Source: a virus (Duplodnaviria > Heunggongvirae > Uroviricota > Caudoviricetes). Taken from it: a stretch of DNA of 23,440 nt. This document shows positions 16,185 through 23,440 of the stretch, one piece after another. The notes beneath the pieces were generated by a model. It saw nothing but the letters and a program-made list of their open reading frames with translations, ran no database searches and was not told where the DNA came from. Where the stretch lies: IMG/VR virus record IMGVR_UViG_2563366964_000006; one strand, written 5' to 3'. Numbering within the stretch: the first letter of the stretch is position 1; each line of letters starts with the position of its first letter. Made by a program: the position numbers and the translations under genes.

Positions 16185-16327
16185 TTCCCCCGTTAATCGA
16201 ATGAGCCCCCCGACGATATCGCCAGGGCTTTTTAAACCCCTTTTAAAAACGATTAACAGGGGATGAGGCGAATCACTCTACCACATTTGCGATAAACGCG
16301 TCTGCGTGGCTTACAGCGCCGTTACGC

Positions 16328-16873
16328 TTATCCATCGATAATACGCTGGAGATAGCTTTCAGCGGTTGTTTCCATCCCGCTGACGTCATCCTCGGTCAGG
16401 TGCAGGAACGGTCGTGCGGGCATCTTAATTTTATATGCACCAATGGTATTCCACTGGGTGAAGTTAGACCGCGACTTTTTCACGAACCGATTACCAACCG
16501 ACCCATTTTTATACTGGCGGTAATAGGCTCGCTGGCTCCTGGCGGCAATACTGATTTCACCGCCTTCCTGATGAATACGGGCATATTTCACGTTAGTACC
16601 AACAACCGCTTCGTCGTTGGTACTGAACTGCGTAATACTTTTGGCCAACCTGCCAGAACGTTGCAGGATTTTTCCGCCATGACGTTTACGGGCATATGCC
16701 GGACTCCATCCCATCCACTCCGGGCGACCTTCGCGGGCAAAGTTCTCTTCAACCGCATCGGCCATCGCTGCTGCCATTTCCCGCATCAGCGGCTCACGCT
16801 GCTCCAGCTTATTGATGAGCTCGCCCAGAGAACGTTCGAAGTCGCCGATATCATAGGTAATGGTATAACTCAT
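16328..16873 (-). CDS. Virion morphogenesis protein, Mu G-like
   Basis: 181 aa; follows the F-like gene with ATGA-type overlap; sequence character of the Mu G family as recalled. Confidence 0.7.
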   Translation of the reverse strand: MSYTITYDIGDFERSLGELINKLEQREPLMREMAAAMADAVEENFAREGRPEWMGWSPAYARKRHGGKILQRSGRLAKSITQFSTNDEAVVGTNVKYARIHQEGGEISIAARSQRAYYRQYKNGSVGNRFVKKSRSNFTQWNTIGAYKIKMPARPFLHLTEDDVSGMETTAESYLQRIIDG

Positions 16874-18123
16874 GGTTTCGGCCTCAGTAATACAGCATCA
16901 TCAGCAATATCCTGTGGACGGATAACATCGCCGCCATTGACGAGTGACAATCGCCAGCCGTCTGCAGCAGGCGCAGCCCGGACCGCGCGAGTCCCCTGGT
17001 CTGCGACCATCGTCCACACTAAATTATCACCATCGAGCCAGACATCCCCGTCACTGGCCAGCAGCGCAGGAAGTTCTGACCACATCGGCCCCGGAGCCTG
17101 ACGGACGTCTGATTCATGGATACTGAGTGTGACCGGCTGGCGAATACCGCGCTCTTCAAGGCGGTCAAGCAAGTCAGGCGAAACCCCGCCGACACGCCTG
17201 AGGTCACCTCTGGTTTTACCCCGAACGCTGACGGCATCCACCCATCGGCGTACATCGTCGCTGACGGAAGATAATACAGCCGGGTCGGAAAGTGTTTCGC
17301 TGATGGCCAGCGCGGCCGTTCTGGGTGGTGCAGTGACGGACTGGTCCATCAGACGCTGCCCCAGAGAAGACAGCCAGCCCTGACCCGGATTGTGACCAAA
17401 GCCCGCATCCGGGGTATAAAGCTCACCGTTAAAGCGCAGCGCCTGAACCTCTCGGGTATCATTGGGCCCCCACGCCTGCTGGACGGTGACGATATCCTGT
17501 TCCCAGGATTTAAGCACAATCCCAAGACGTTCAGCCTCGGCCAGTGAACGTGCCCGGATACGGCAGCGGCAATGATAGCCATCGGGCGGATACATGAACT
17601 GCCAGACCGGATCATCGTAGCGGGCGGTAAAACCGTTCAGTGCCGCGTGTCGCGGTCGGGTACGCAAATCCATGACGGCCACACGTTCCCAGACAGGACG
17701 AAACTCCGCGTTGGCCATCTGCTCTTCATAACGTCCGGCACCATACGCCGCCTGCATGTTGGTTTCGAAGATGGTACGCAGGCGGCGTGGTGTCAGCTGC
17801 TTGCCCTCCAGCACACCATCCTCATCTGCGATTAAGCGTGCTTTATCGGCCAGCCAGCCTTTACGAATCAGGGTTGGCGTCAGCTGGCGTTCGAAGTCAC
17901 GCAGCGTGCCGCCATTCTCCAGATGAGCCTGCAGAGCGCCGTGAATATCGGTCAGAATATCCTGCTTAAGAACGCCTGCGACCGTGAATTCAGTGGCATG
18001 GGTGCGGGCTTCAACATCGTGCCAGTTAAAGCCTATGACGTAGCCCTTAGACTCAAAATAGCGGATGGCTTCTTCCGGCTTCAGACCAATGGCATACCCG
18101 AGATCAACATCAGCTTTCGGCAT
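16870..18123 (-). CDS. Head morphogenesis protein, Mu F-like; start placed at the ATG at 18123
   Basis: Track ORF 16870..18144 starts at GTG and overlaps the portal gene by 35 nt; the ATG at 18123 (MPKADVDLGY...) has a G-rich Shine-Dalgarno-like run upstream. Confidence 0.8.
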   Translation of the reverse strand: MPKADVDLGYAIGLKPEEAIRYFESKGYVIGFNWHDVEARTHATEFTVAGVLKQDILTDIHGALQAHLENGGTLRDFERQLTPTLIRKGWLADKARLIADEDGVLEGKQLTPRRLRTIFETNMQAAYGAGRYEEQMANAEFRPVWERVAVMDLRTRPRHAALNGFTARYDDPVWQFMYPPDGYHCRCRIRARSLAEAERLGIVLKSWEQDIVTVQQAWGPNDTREVQALRFNGELYTPDAGFGHNPGQGWLSSLGQRLMDQSVTAPPRTAALAISETLSDPAVLSSVSDDVRRWVDAVSVRGKTRGDLRRVGGVSPDLLDRLEERGIRQPVTLSIHESDVRQAPGPMWSELPALLASDGDVWLDGDNLVWTMVADQGTRAVRAAPAADGWRLSLVNGGDVIRPQDIADDAVLLRPKP

Positions 18124-19690
18124 TGAGTCGCCCCCAGACCTCACTCACGAACAATGCCTGGTGCAGCAGCTGCCGGAGCATCGAATCATCGAGCTGTGGA
18201 TAGCTGGCGGCGATAATGTCCATCGCCTCATCAGGCGTCTGGCCTTGTTGCAGCGCAGCCACTAATGGGGTGATCAGCTTTTCCATCGCCAGGTTAATGG
18301 CGGCACCTGGCTGAAGGGAGTTATCCAGCGCCTCCTGTGCAGGGTCAGTAATCTCACCGGTACTGCTCAGCGCAGTAAAATGACGGAACGGAGAAGCCGC
18401 TGCCTGAGTCGTCAGTGCCTGTAACGAAAGCGGCGAGGCCGGAGGCGTCAACACGGCTTCATTGTCTTTCGGTTCCGGGATACCAATCTTTTTATGCACC
18501 CAACTGACCGGGATAGTCTTCATCCCCGCACCAACCAGCTTTGATACGCCCTCGGCGAAGACCTGGATATTTTCCAGCTCGCGGGTATCAAAGACCAGTC
18601 TGGGCTGGCGGCGTGGGCTGACATCGTACCCGTTAATCGCCAGTAACATGCGAATAACTCCCCGATAAAAGCCCTCTATCTGGCGAGCATCAGCGGTCAA
18701 CAGGTCATGGCGGACCTCATTGTGTACAACGCCCAGCGCGTTGGTTGAGGACTTACCGTCCGCCTGGGAAGTCAGCGTGCCACCGAGGATAACTTTTGAT
18801 TCAGTGCGCTCAGCCCAGCTAATCATGGCCATAAAGGGATCAGACTGGCCGTTCGCCGCTTCCTTAAACTCAATTTTGGCCCCTTCGGGAATAATACCAG
18901 AGGCATTATGGCCAAGCGTGACAAGCGCCTCCATCAGCTTGTCCTGCTCGTCCTGCGTGGCCCCGGCGATATAAGTACCGATACGCGCGGGCAGACCGTA
19001 TATCTCCAGGAACTCGGCCAGGTCACGTACGCTGTAGTTTTTGAAGAGGTACGGCCAGACCAGCACGCGGTACAGGCCGGACTGGGCGATATAGCCAGAT
19101 TTAGCATTGTGCGTATGGACCAGCCAGCCGAACGGCCACAGTTCTTCGCCGTCCATCGACCCATTATTCAGCCGGATTTCATCACCTTTATCCGGGGTGG
19201 TGCAGAACCAGCGATGCGGGCGTAACTTGATTCGGGTAGGCAACCACAGATTCCCGTCTCGCTCCCACTTCTCAATCTCCTGAGCGGAAAAACCGTGGCC
19301 AATCGCCTCGGCCGCATTGAGAGTGATATCTTCCATTTCCTGCAGGTCAGCAAACCAGCTCGCCACCATTGCCGCCAGTTGCTTCTCTTCGGCGGTGGCG
19401 TTCGGCGGCGGTTCGATACTCCAGTCCAGCGTCAGCAACGCATTCTTGCGTTTGGCCATCTCAGAGAAAATATGGCCGTCCCGCTCAACCATATCTTCGA
19501 AGAGGTCTGCCTGGGCGGAAATATCGCCGCGCTCAGCCGCCTCCAGGATACGAGGCAAACGGGCGATCGTCATTCCGCGTGAGGGATGCGTCGGCCAGTC
19601 CCGGTTCAGCTGCACGGTGCGTGCGGTCTGAGGGGCTTTCAGCACGTCTTTGTTGAGCGGGCGACCATACTGGTCAAGGATTTGAACCAT
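18110..19690 (-). CDS. Portal protein (Mu H-like, DUF935-type)
   Basis: 526 aa; ATG at 19690 with GGAGG upstream, 3 nt after the large terminase stop; canonical terminase-portal-F order. Confidence 0.85.
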   Translation of the reverse strand: MVQILDQYGRPLNKDVLKAPQTARTVQLNRDWPTHPSRGMTIARLPRILEAAERGDISAQADLFEDMVERDGHIFSEMAKRKNALLTLDWSIEPPPNATAEEKQLAAMVASWFADLQEMEDITLNAAEAIGHGFSAQEIEKWERDGNLWLPTRIKLRPHRWFCTTPDKGDEIRLNNGSMDGEELWPFGWLVHTHNAKSGYIAQSGLYRVLVWPYLFKNYSVRDLAEFLEIYGLPARIGTYIAGATQDEQDKLMEALVTLGHNASGIIPEGAKIEFKEAANGQSDPFMAMISWAERTESKVILGGTLTSQADGKSSTNALGVVHNEVRHDLLTADARQIEGFYRGVIRMLLAINGYDVSPRRQPRLVFDTRELENIQVFAEGVSKLVGAGMKTIPVSWVHKKIGIPEPKDNEAVLTPPASPLSLQALTTQAAASPFRHFTALSSTGEITDPAQEALDNSLQPGAAINLAMEKLITPLVAALQQGQTPDEAMDIIAASYPQLDDSMLRQLLHQALFVSEVWGRLNAES

Positions 19691-19693
19691 TTA

Positions 19694-21340
19694 TTACCAT
19701 CCTCCGGATGAGCCGAACCGATCGCCGCTGCGGCGCGGTGCCGGTTTAAAATCAAAGTTACCCGCGCCAGACACTGCCAGCGCCCATAGCATGTGCAGGG
19801 CATCAGGCCCGTCATCATGGTCTGCTTTCGGGAAGTGCCGGAGCTGGTCAATCAGCGTGGTTTGGGTGGGGTGAAGACGGATGAGGCCATTGGCCATATG
19901 CGGCTGCAGGGATTCGATACGCAGCAATTTATCTGCACTGGGGGTGACGGCGCGGGCCGGAACCGGCACCCCGGCCATGGCCGAGCGTTTCACCAGTTCG
20001 GTACGCAGAAACTCCTGGAACTGAACGGACTCAACCGCCCAGATGAGACAGTTGTACTCGCGCTGCAGCTCGATCACATCGGAAATGATGCGGTCGGGTA
20101 CGCGCTTGCGGATGCGGGCTTCAACAACGTCCAGAATACCGGTGAAGCGATTAAAGCCACCAACCAGCAGCGCGGAGGGGTCACGACTGTTACCGGCCTT
20201 ACCCAGACTCGGGTCGCAGGCACCATAAAAGCGCCATTCCGCCAGACGGTTCACCCAGAAGTTGATACAGCCATTGAACGGAGCATCTTCGCCGTTAACC
20301 GGGTCATTCTGGTATTCGGCATCGAAAGTGCCGTGGCCATCACGCGCACGAATCAGCATCAGCGTATAAAGCGGGCGGGCGTCCCACGAAACAACGGCAC
20401 CGGCATCCATTTCGGCCCGGTGCTGCTGATAGAATGCCTGTGCCAGCATCTCGCCATCTTCATCATTGTTGCGAAGGATCTCTTCCCAGCGGTCCCACAA
20501 ATCCATATTGTGCGGCCAGCTGATGAGCGCTTTAAAGCGGGCTCGTTTCCACAGTGGATTCTTCAGCGTGCGGGATAGGACCGAATCATGATGCAGAATG
20601 GTGCCGATATAAACGACATCAAATTTGGCACCGGCTCCCCCCAACGGCAGAACGGTTTTCTTGAGCCAGTTATCAAGTTTGTCGCGCTGTTCGGGGTTTC
20701 GTACCTGTTCGTCGTTCTCAATATCATCGAGTACAGCAAGGTCAGGACGATATGGGCCATGCCGCAGGCCACGCAGCTTTTTACCACTACCGGCGACCTG
20801 AACCTTAATATCGTTACGCGTGAGGATAGTCCCTGCCTGCCAGACGCGGCCGCCGCCCGTCGCCTCCGGGAAGTCCATCAGCAGACGCGGGTTGAACTGC
20901 AGCTCTGCTTTGATAGCTTCCAGCATCGGGTATGCCTGGTCTATCGAGTCCATAATGATGACCGGGTAATGTTTGAGCGCCAGAACGATGCACCAGATAA
21001 CAAACAGCTGGCTCACGATGGTGGACTTGGCTTCGCCGCGAGGTGCTGCGATGGCGTCGTTCTGCCCGGTTGTCGCCTGGATAAGTTCCGGAAGGCGGGA
21101 ATAAAGGTATTTATGCAGCTCGCTTTTCGCTGTATGACGCACGTAATGCGGGAAGTAGTTCTGCACGAAATACTCAAATCCCGTGGAGGGGTCAGCCACA
21201 CAGGCACGCCGAACCTCAATCGCCGAGGGTTTAGGATCAAAGCCAACATCTTCGGCCTCGATGGTCCGACGTAGGCTAGCCCCCAGCTCGGCGAGCTCGG
21301 CGAGGAAATCTTTGCTGGAAAGCTTTTTACCACTGGCCAC
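19694..21340 (-). CDS. Terminase large subunit (Mu gp28-like)
   Basis: 548 aa; size, position upstream of portal. Annotated start is GTG at 21340 with no Shine-Dalgarno, overlapping the upstream small ORF by 14 nt, so the exact start is uncertain. Confidence 0.85.
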   Translation of the reverse strand: MASGKKLSSKDFLAELAELGASLRRTIEAEDVGFDPKPSAIEVRRACVADPSTGFEYFVQNYFPHYVRHTAKSELHKYLYSRLPELIQATTGQNDAIAAPRGEAKSTIVSQLFVIWCIVLALKHYPVIIMDSIDQAYPMLEAIKAELQFNPRLLMDFPEATGGGRVWQAGTILTRNDIKVQVAGSGKKLRGLRHGPYRPDLAVLDDIENDEQVRNPEQRDKLDNWLKKTVLPLGGAGAKFDVVYIGTILHHDSVLSRTLKNPLWKRARFKALISWPHNMDLWDRWEEILRNNDEDGEMLAQAFYQQHRAEMDAGAVVSWDARPLYTLMLIRARDGHGTFDAEYQNDPVNGEDAPFNGCINFWVNRLAEWRFYGACDPSLGKAGNSRDPSALLVGGFNRFTGILDVVEARIRKRVPDRIISDVIELQREYNCLIWAVESVQFQEFLRTELVKRSAMAGVPVPARAVTPSADKLLRIESLQPHMANGLIRLHPTQTTLIDQLRHFPKADHDDGPDALHMLWALAVSGAGNFDFKPAPRRSGDRFGSSGGW

Positions 21341-21542
21341 AGGAGGAAACCCCGGTTAAAGCGGCATTAACTGCCTTTTCAAAGCTCTCTTTTGTACGGT
21401 AACAATCCCCCATAAAGGACAGTTCATGGTGTTCACCGTCGATGGTTGTGACAAAGCAGTAGCCTGATGCGATGTAAACTGAGGCCACTGTGCTGGCCAT
21501 GACACTCACTTTTTCGTTAACGCGAATCAATTTATCAGCCAT
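21327..21542 (-). CDS. Small hypothetical protein (71 aa) between the terminase subunit genes
   Basis: ATG at 21542 preceded by GGAGAAAC and overlapping the small-terminase stop (TATGGCTGA); protein MADKLIRVNEKVS...SSCGQW; 3' end overlaps the large terminase start. Confidence 0.45.
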   Translation of the reverse strand: MADKLIRVNEKVSVMASTVASVYIASGYCFVTTIDGEHHELSFMGDCYRTKESFEKAVNAALTGVSSCGQW

Positions 21543-22041
21543 AGTGTTTCTCCATCTCGCCCCCGAAGGGCTCCAGAATCTCGACGAACGCCGCCAGGTG
21601 CTGCGGGTATTGTTCAGAGACAAAGAGGCTCAGTTTCTGGATCACATCCAGAGCAACAGCGAGCTGACTGACCTCCGGTAGTATCTTCTTGTTCGCTGCT
21701 ACCGCCTTGTTGAAGGCATCCGCCAGACTGGACAGCAGTTCTACCCGCTTGTCTGGTGGCAAATCAGCATCGGTTGTCAGCAGTTCCAGCGTCACCTGAT
21801 ACTGGGTCATCAGTCCGGTAAGAATGGCGCGGCCAATATCCTCAAGACCGTTGCCAGCCATGATGTGCGCTGCCCTGAGCTTGTCCCAGTCATCACCAGC
21901 ATCCTGAGCTTCTTTCTTCCAGCGTCTGGCGGTAGCAAAGGCAACTCCCGCCTGAGCTGACGCAATCTCCAGTGACATCTGGCCAAAGATGTATGATCGT
22001 CGCAGTCTGTCCCGTGTTTCCTGCGGATGGGCCATACTCAT
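21535..22041 (-). CDS. Terminase small subunit-like DNA-binding protein (Mu gp27-like, DUF1804-type)
   Basis: 168 aa with N-terminal helix-turn-helix-like segment (LEIASAQAGVAFATARRW); position just upstream of the large terminase. Confidence 0.55.
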   Translation of the reverse strand: MSMAHPQETRDRLRRSYIFGQMSLEIASAQAGVAFATARRWKKEAQDAGDDWDKLRAAHIMAGNGLEDIGRAILTGLMTQYQVTLELLTTDADLPPDKRVELLSSLADAFNKAVAANKKILPEVSQLAVALDVIQKLSLFVSEQYPQHLAAFVEILEPFGGEMEKHYG

Positions 22042-22322
22042 AACTCCAGTTTTGCGCGGATTAACAGGATGGCTACAGCAATAAGACCGCCTGTAAGTCC
22101 ACCGGCGATAGCCCCGGCTTTTGCGCCATGGCGGGTTGCATCGGCATTAATGGCTGATAAACGTGAGTCAATACGCTCCAGCTTGTCGTTGATACCACCC
22201 AGGATATCGGGGTTAACTGGCATCTGCAGACGATCGAGCTGAGCAGAGATTCGGTTCAGCGTTTCCTGCTCATCGCTGGCAATCGGGATACGGCGAGTAC
22301 GGCGCTTTTGTCTGGCTTTCAT
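22038..22322 (-). CDS. Small C-terminally anchored membrane protein (lysis/packaging-boundary protein, unknown function)
   Basis: 94 aa; basic N-terminus (KARQKRRTRR), coiled-coil middle, C-terminal Gly-zipper helix (GAIAGGLTGGLIAVAILLI); start/stop overlaps with neighbours. Confidence 0.4.
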   Translation of the reverse strand: MKARQKRRTRRIPIASDEQETLNRISAQLDRLQMPVNPDILGGINDKLERIDSRLSAINADATRHGAKAGAIAGGLTGGLIAVAILLIRAKLEL

Positions 22323-22582
22323 TTGTCGGCTTTCCTGTCGAGTTTGTTATCGATGCGTTCAATGGCCGCTCGCAGCTCTTTCATCGCATCCATCATTGCT
22401 GTGTAGTTCGTCCGGGCATCTTCGCGGCGCTGATACTCGTCGCGGATGCGTTCGACGGCTTTTTCGAGGTCATGAATATCCTGATTCAGGCGGCGAATAA
22501 AAATGCCGCCAAAGAGTGCGGCCAGTCCCAGAGCAATCTGGAAGGCCGTGTCGAGAGTCATTACCGTGTCCACTCCTTTCAC
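22319..22582 (-). CDS. Small N-terminally anchored membrane protein with coiled coil (DUF2730-like)
   Basis: 87 aa; N-terminal helix (AFQIALGLAALFGGIFI) followed by a charged coiled coil; sits between the spanin and terminase genes. Confidence 0.4.
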   Translation of the reverse strand: MKGVDTVMTLDTAFQIALGLAALFGGIFIRRLNQDIHDLEKAVERIRDEYQRREDARTNYTAMMDAMKELRAAIERIDNKLDRKADK

Positions 22583-23208
22583 CTGTAGTAATCGTTAATA
22601 GCTTGCAGACGATCGCGGAGAGACAGGCACCATTTGCCATATTCCGCGCTATGGCCAACTATCCCGGAGGGAGAGAGTCCGCCACTGGCGCTGATGGCAT
22701 CTCCGGTATCACCAGCAGCGCTGCCGGTGGTTTCTGGCAGATAGTGACCAGCGTTGACTGTTTGGGCTGTGGGGTAGCCAAGGGCTTCACGCCAGAGTTG
22801 CAGGCTGGCAGGGCCAATACCGGTATAAGTATTGCCATCGCTTTTAATTGCATTTTTGAGCCTCTTTTTCAGGTCTTTTACTTCCCGTTGATGGGATGCA
22901 TCCTGTTCCGCGAGCTGACGACTCATTTCGTCAGCCTTACGCTGCCAGGTTTGCTGTGCCGCCAGCGCATCTTTAAGGTCTGACGCATACTGGTTCGCGG
23001 CGGTAATACGCTCCTGATCCCACTGTGATTTTTGCGTGTTAAACTCGCTGATAAGCGTCGATTTTTCATTGCTGAACGCCAGCGCCTGGTCACTCAACCG
23101 CGATTGCGTGATGAGCGTTCCCAGCCATACACCACCGCCCGACAGAACGACGATTAGCAGAAGTGACTTCCAGTTACCTTTGAGAAGTTTCAGGGTTATC
23201 GCCCACAT
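22579..23208 (-). CDS. Putative inner-membrane spanin (i-spanin, Rz-like)
   Basis: 209 aa; N-terminal transmembrane helix (LLLIVVLSGGGVWLGTLI) then a long charged coiled-coil region; contains the embedded lipoprotein ORF in another frame. Confidence 0.5.
   Translation of the reverse strand: MWAITLKLLKGNWKSLLLIVVLSGGGVWLGTLITQSRLSDQALAFSNEKSTLISEFNTQKSQWDQERITAANQYASDLKDALAAQQTWQRKADEMSRQLAEQDASHQREVKDLKKRLKNAIKSDGNTYTGIGPASLQLWREALGYPTAQTVNAGHYLPETTGSAAGDTGDAISASGGLSPSGIVGHSAEYGKWCLSLRDRLQAINDYYR
22659..22853 (-). CDS. Putative outer-membrane lipoprotein spanin (o-spanin, Rz1-like), embedded in the i-spanin gene
   Basis: 64 aa in an alternative frame entirely inside 22579..23208; signal peptide with a lipobox-like LPAC, then a proline-rich mature part with a second Cys (ICQKPP), as in lambda Rz1. 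Confidence 0.55.
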   Translation of the reverse strand: MQLKAMAILIPVLALPACNSGVKPLATPQPKQSTLVTICQKPPAALLVIPEMPSAPVADSLPPG

Positions 23209-23440
23209 GGTTCACCTCTCTGGCTCGTTTAATGGACATGTGCTTCGATGCCTGGCTCTGAGCAACCCACGCGCCCAGATAAGCCCAGTACAATTCAGTC
23301 GCAATCTCAGAACGGGTGACCGTGACCCAGACGAGCACAAAGGAGCTGATAAGGAAGGCTCCAAGTATGATGGTGTCGGAGGTGGAGAGCCGCCCAGAAC
23401 CGGGATTGGTGATGAGGTCACCCAGGGATATCAGACGCAT
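23174..23440 (-). CDS. Small membrane protein, possible holin or lysis regulator
   Basis: 88 aa with one or two hydrophobic helices (TIILGAFLISSFVLVWVTV) and a basic C-terminus; directly upstream of the spanins; ATG is at the window edge. No endolysin in the window. Confidence 0.35.
   Translation of the reverse strand: MRLISLGDLITNPGSGRLSTSDTIILGAFLISSFVLVWVTVTRSEIATELYWAYLGAWVAQSQASKHMSIKRAREVNHVGDNPETSQR

Noticed and set aside
15981-16196. Plus-strand 71-aa ORF antisense to the small membrane-protein ORF
   Set aside because: It runs against the direction of every other gene in the region, starts at GTG with no evident Shine-Dalgarno sequence, and has no distinctive features. It cannot be excluded, so the coding strand at this locus remains uncertain.
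10418-21274. Long plus-strand ORFs antisense to structural genes (e.g. 10418..11014, 11084..11587, 11712..12263, 13598..14380, 16400..17101, 19793..20578, 20588..21274)
   Set aside because: Each lies fully antisense to a well-supported minus-strand gene, has Arg/Gly/Cys-rich low-complexity translations typical of shadow ORFs, and has no independent start context. Treated as non-coding.
1-23440. CRISPR array, tRNA/rRNA genes, integrase or Mu-type transposase genes
   Set aside because: No direct-repeat/spacer periodicity, no tRNA-like sequences, and no ORF resembling an integrase or transposase. The window covers only late genes, so integration and transposition functions would lie outside it.

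Overview
This window is the late (lysis-end to tail-fibre) region of a Mu-like tailed prophage, with essentially all genes on the minus strand (transcribed from high to low coordinate). Order along the minus strand: holin-like protein and embedded i-/o-spanin pair, two small membrane proteins, small terminase, a 71-aa unknown, large terminase, DUF935-type portal, Mu F-like and Mu G-like morphogenesis proteins, Mu I-type protease/scaffold, major head protein, gp35-38-like proteins, sheath, tube, frameshifted tail chaperone pair, tape measure, DNA-circularisation protein, baseplate hub/spike/wedge proteins, tail fibre and tail-fibre assembly protein. Coordinates 1-992 carry a second, opposite-strand tail-fibre tip plus assembly-protein cassette. 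All family assignments are from reading the translated ORFs and gene order, not from any search. I found no convincing novel defence or other undescribed system; the only candidate accessory loci are a small membrane-protein insertion between the G-like and I-like genes and a 71-aa ORF between the terminase subunits. The best-supported non-obvious signals are: (1) a 26-bp Hin/Gin-type crossover-like site in the middle of the tail-fibre gene, implying an invertible host-range segment; (2) a programmed -1 frameshift (A AAA AAG) producing an extended tail chaperone that stops 3 nt before the tape-measure start; (3) a ~25-bp motif plus start-codon hairpin repeated at identical spacing before two operon heads; (4) an AT-rich ~1-kb block inside the tape-measure gene. 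The ORF track reports GTG starts as M, so several start coordinates are approximate.
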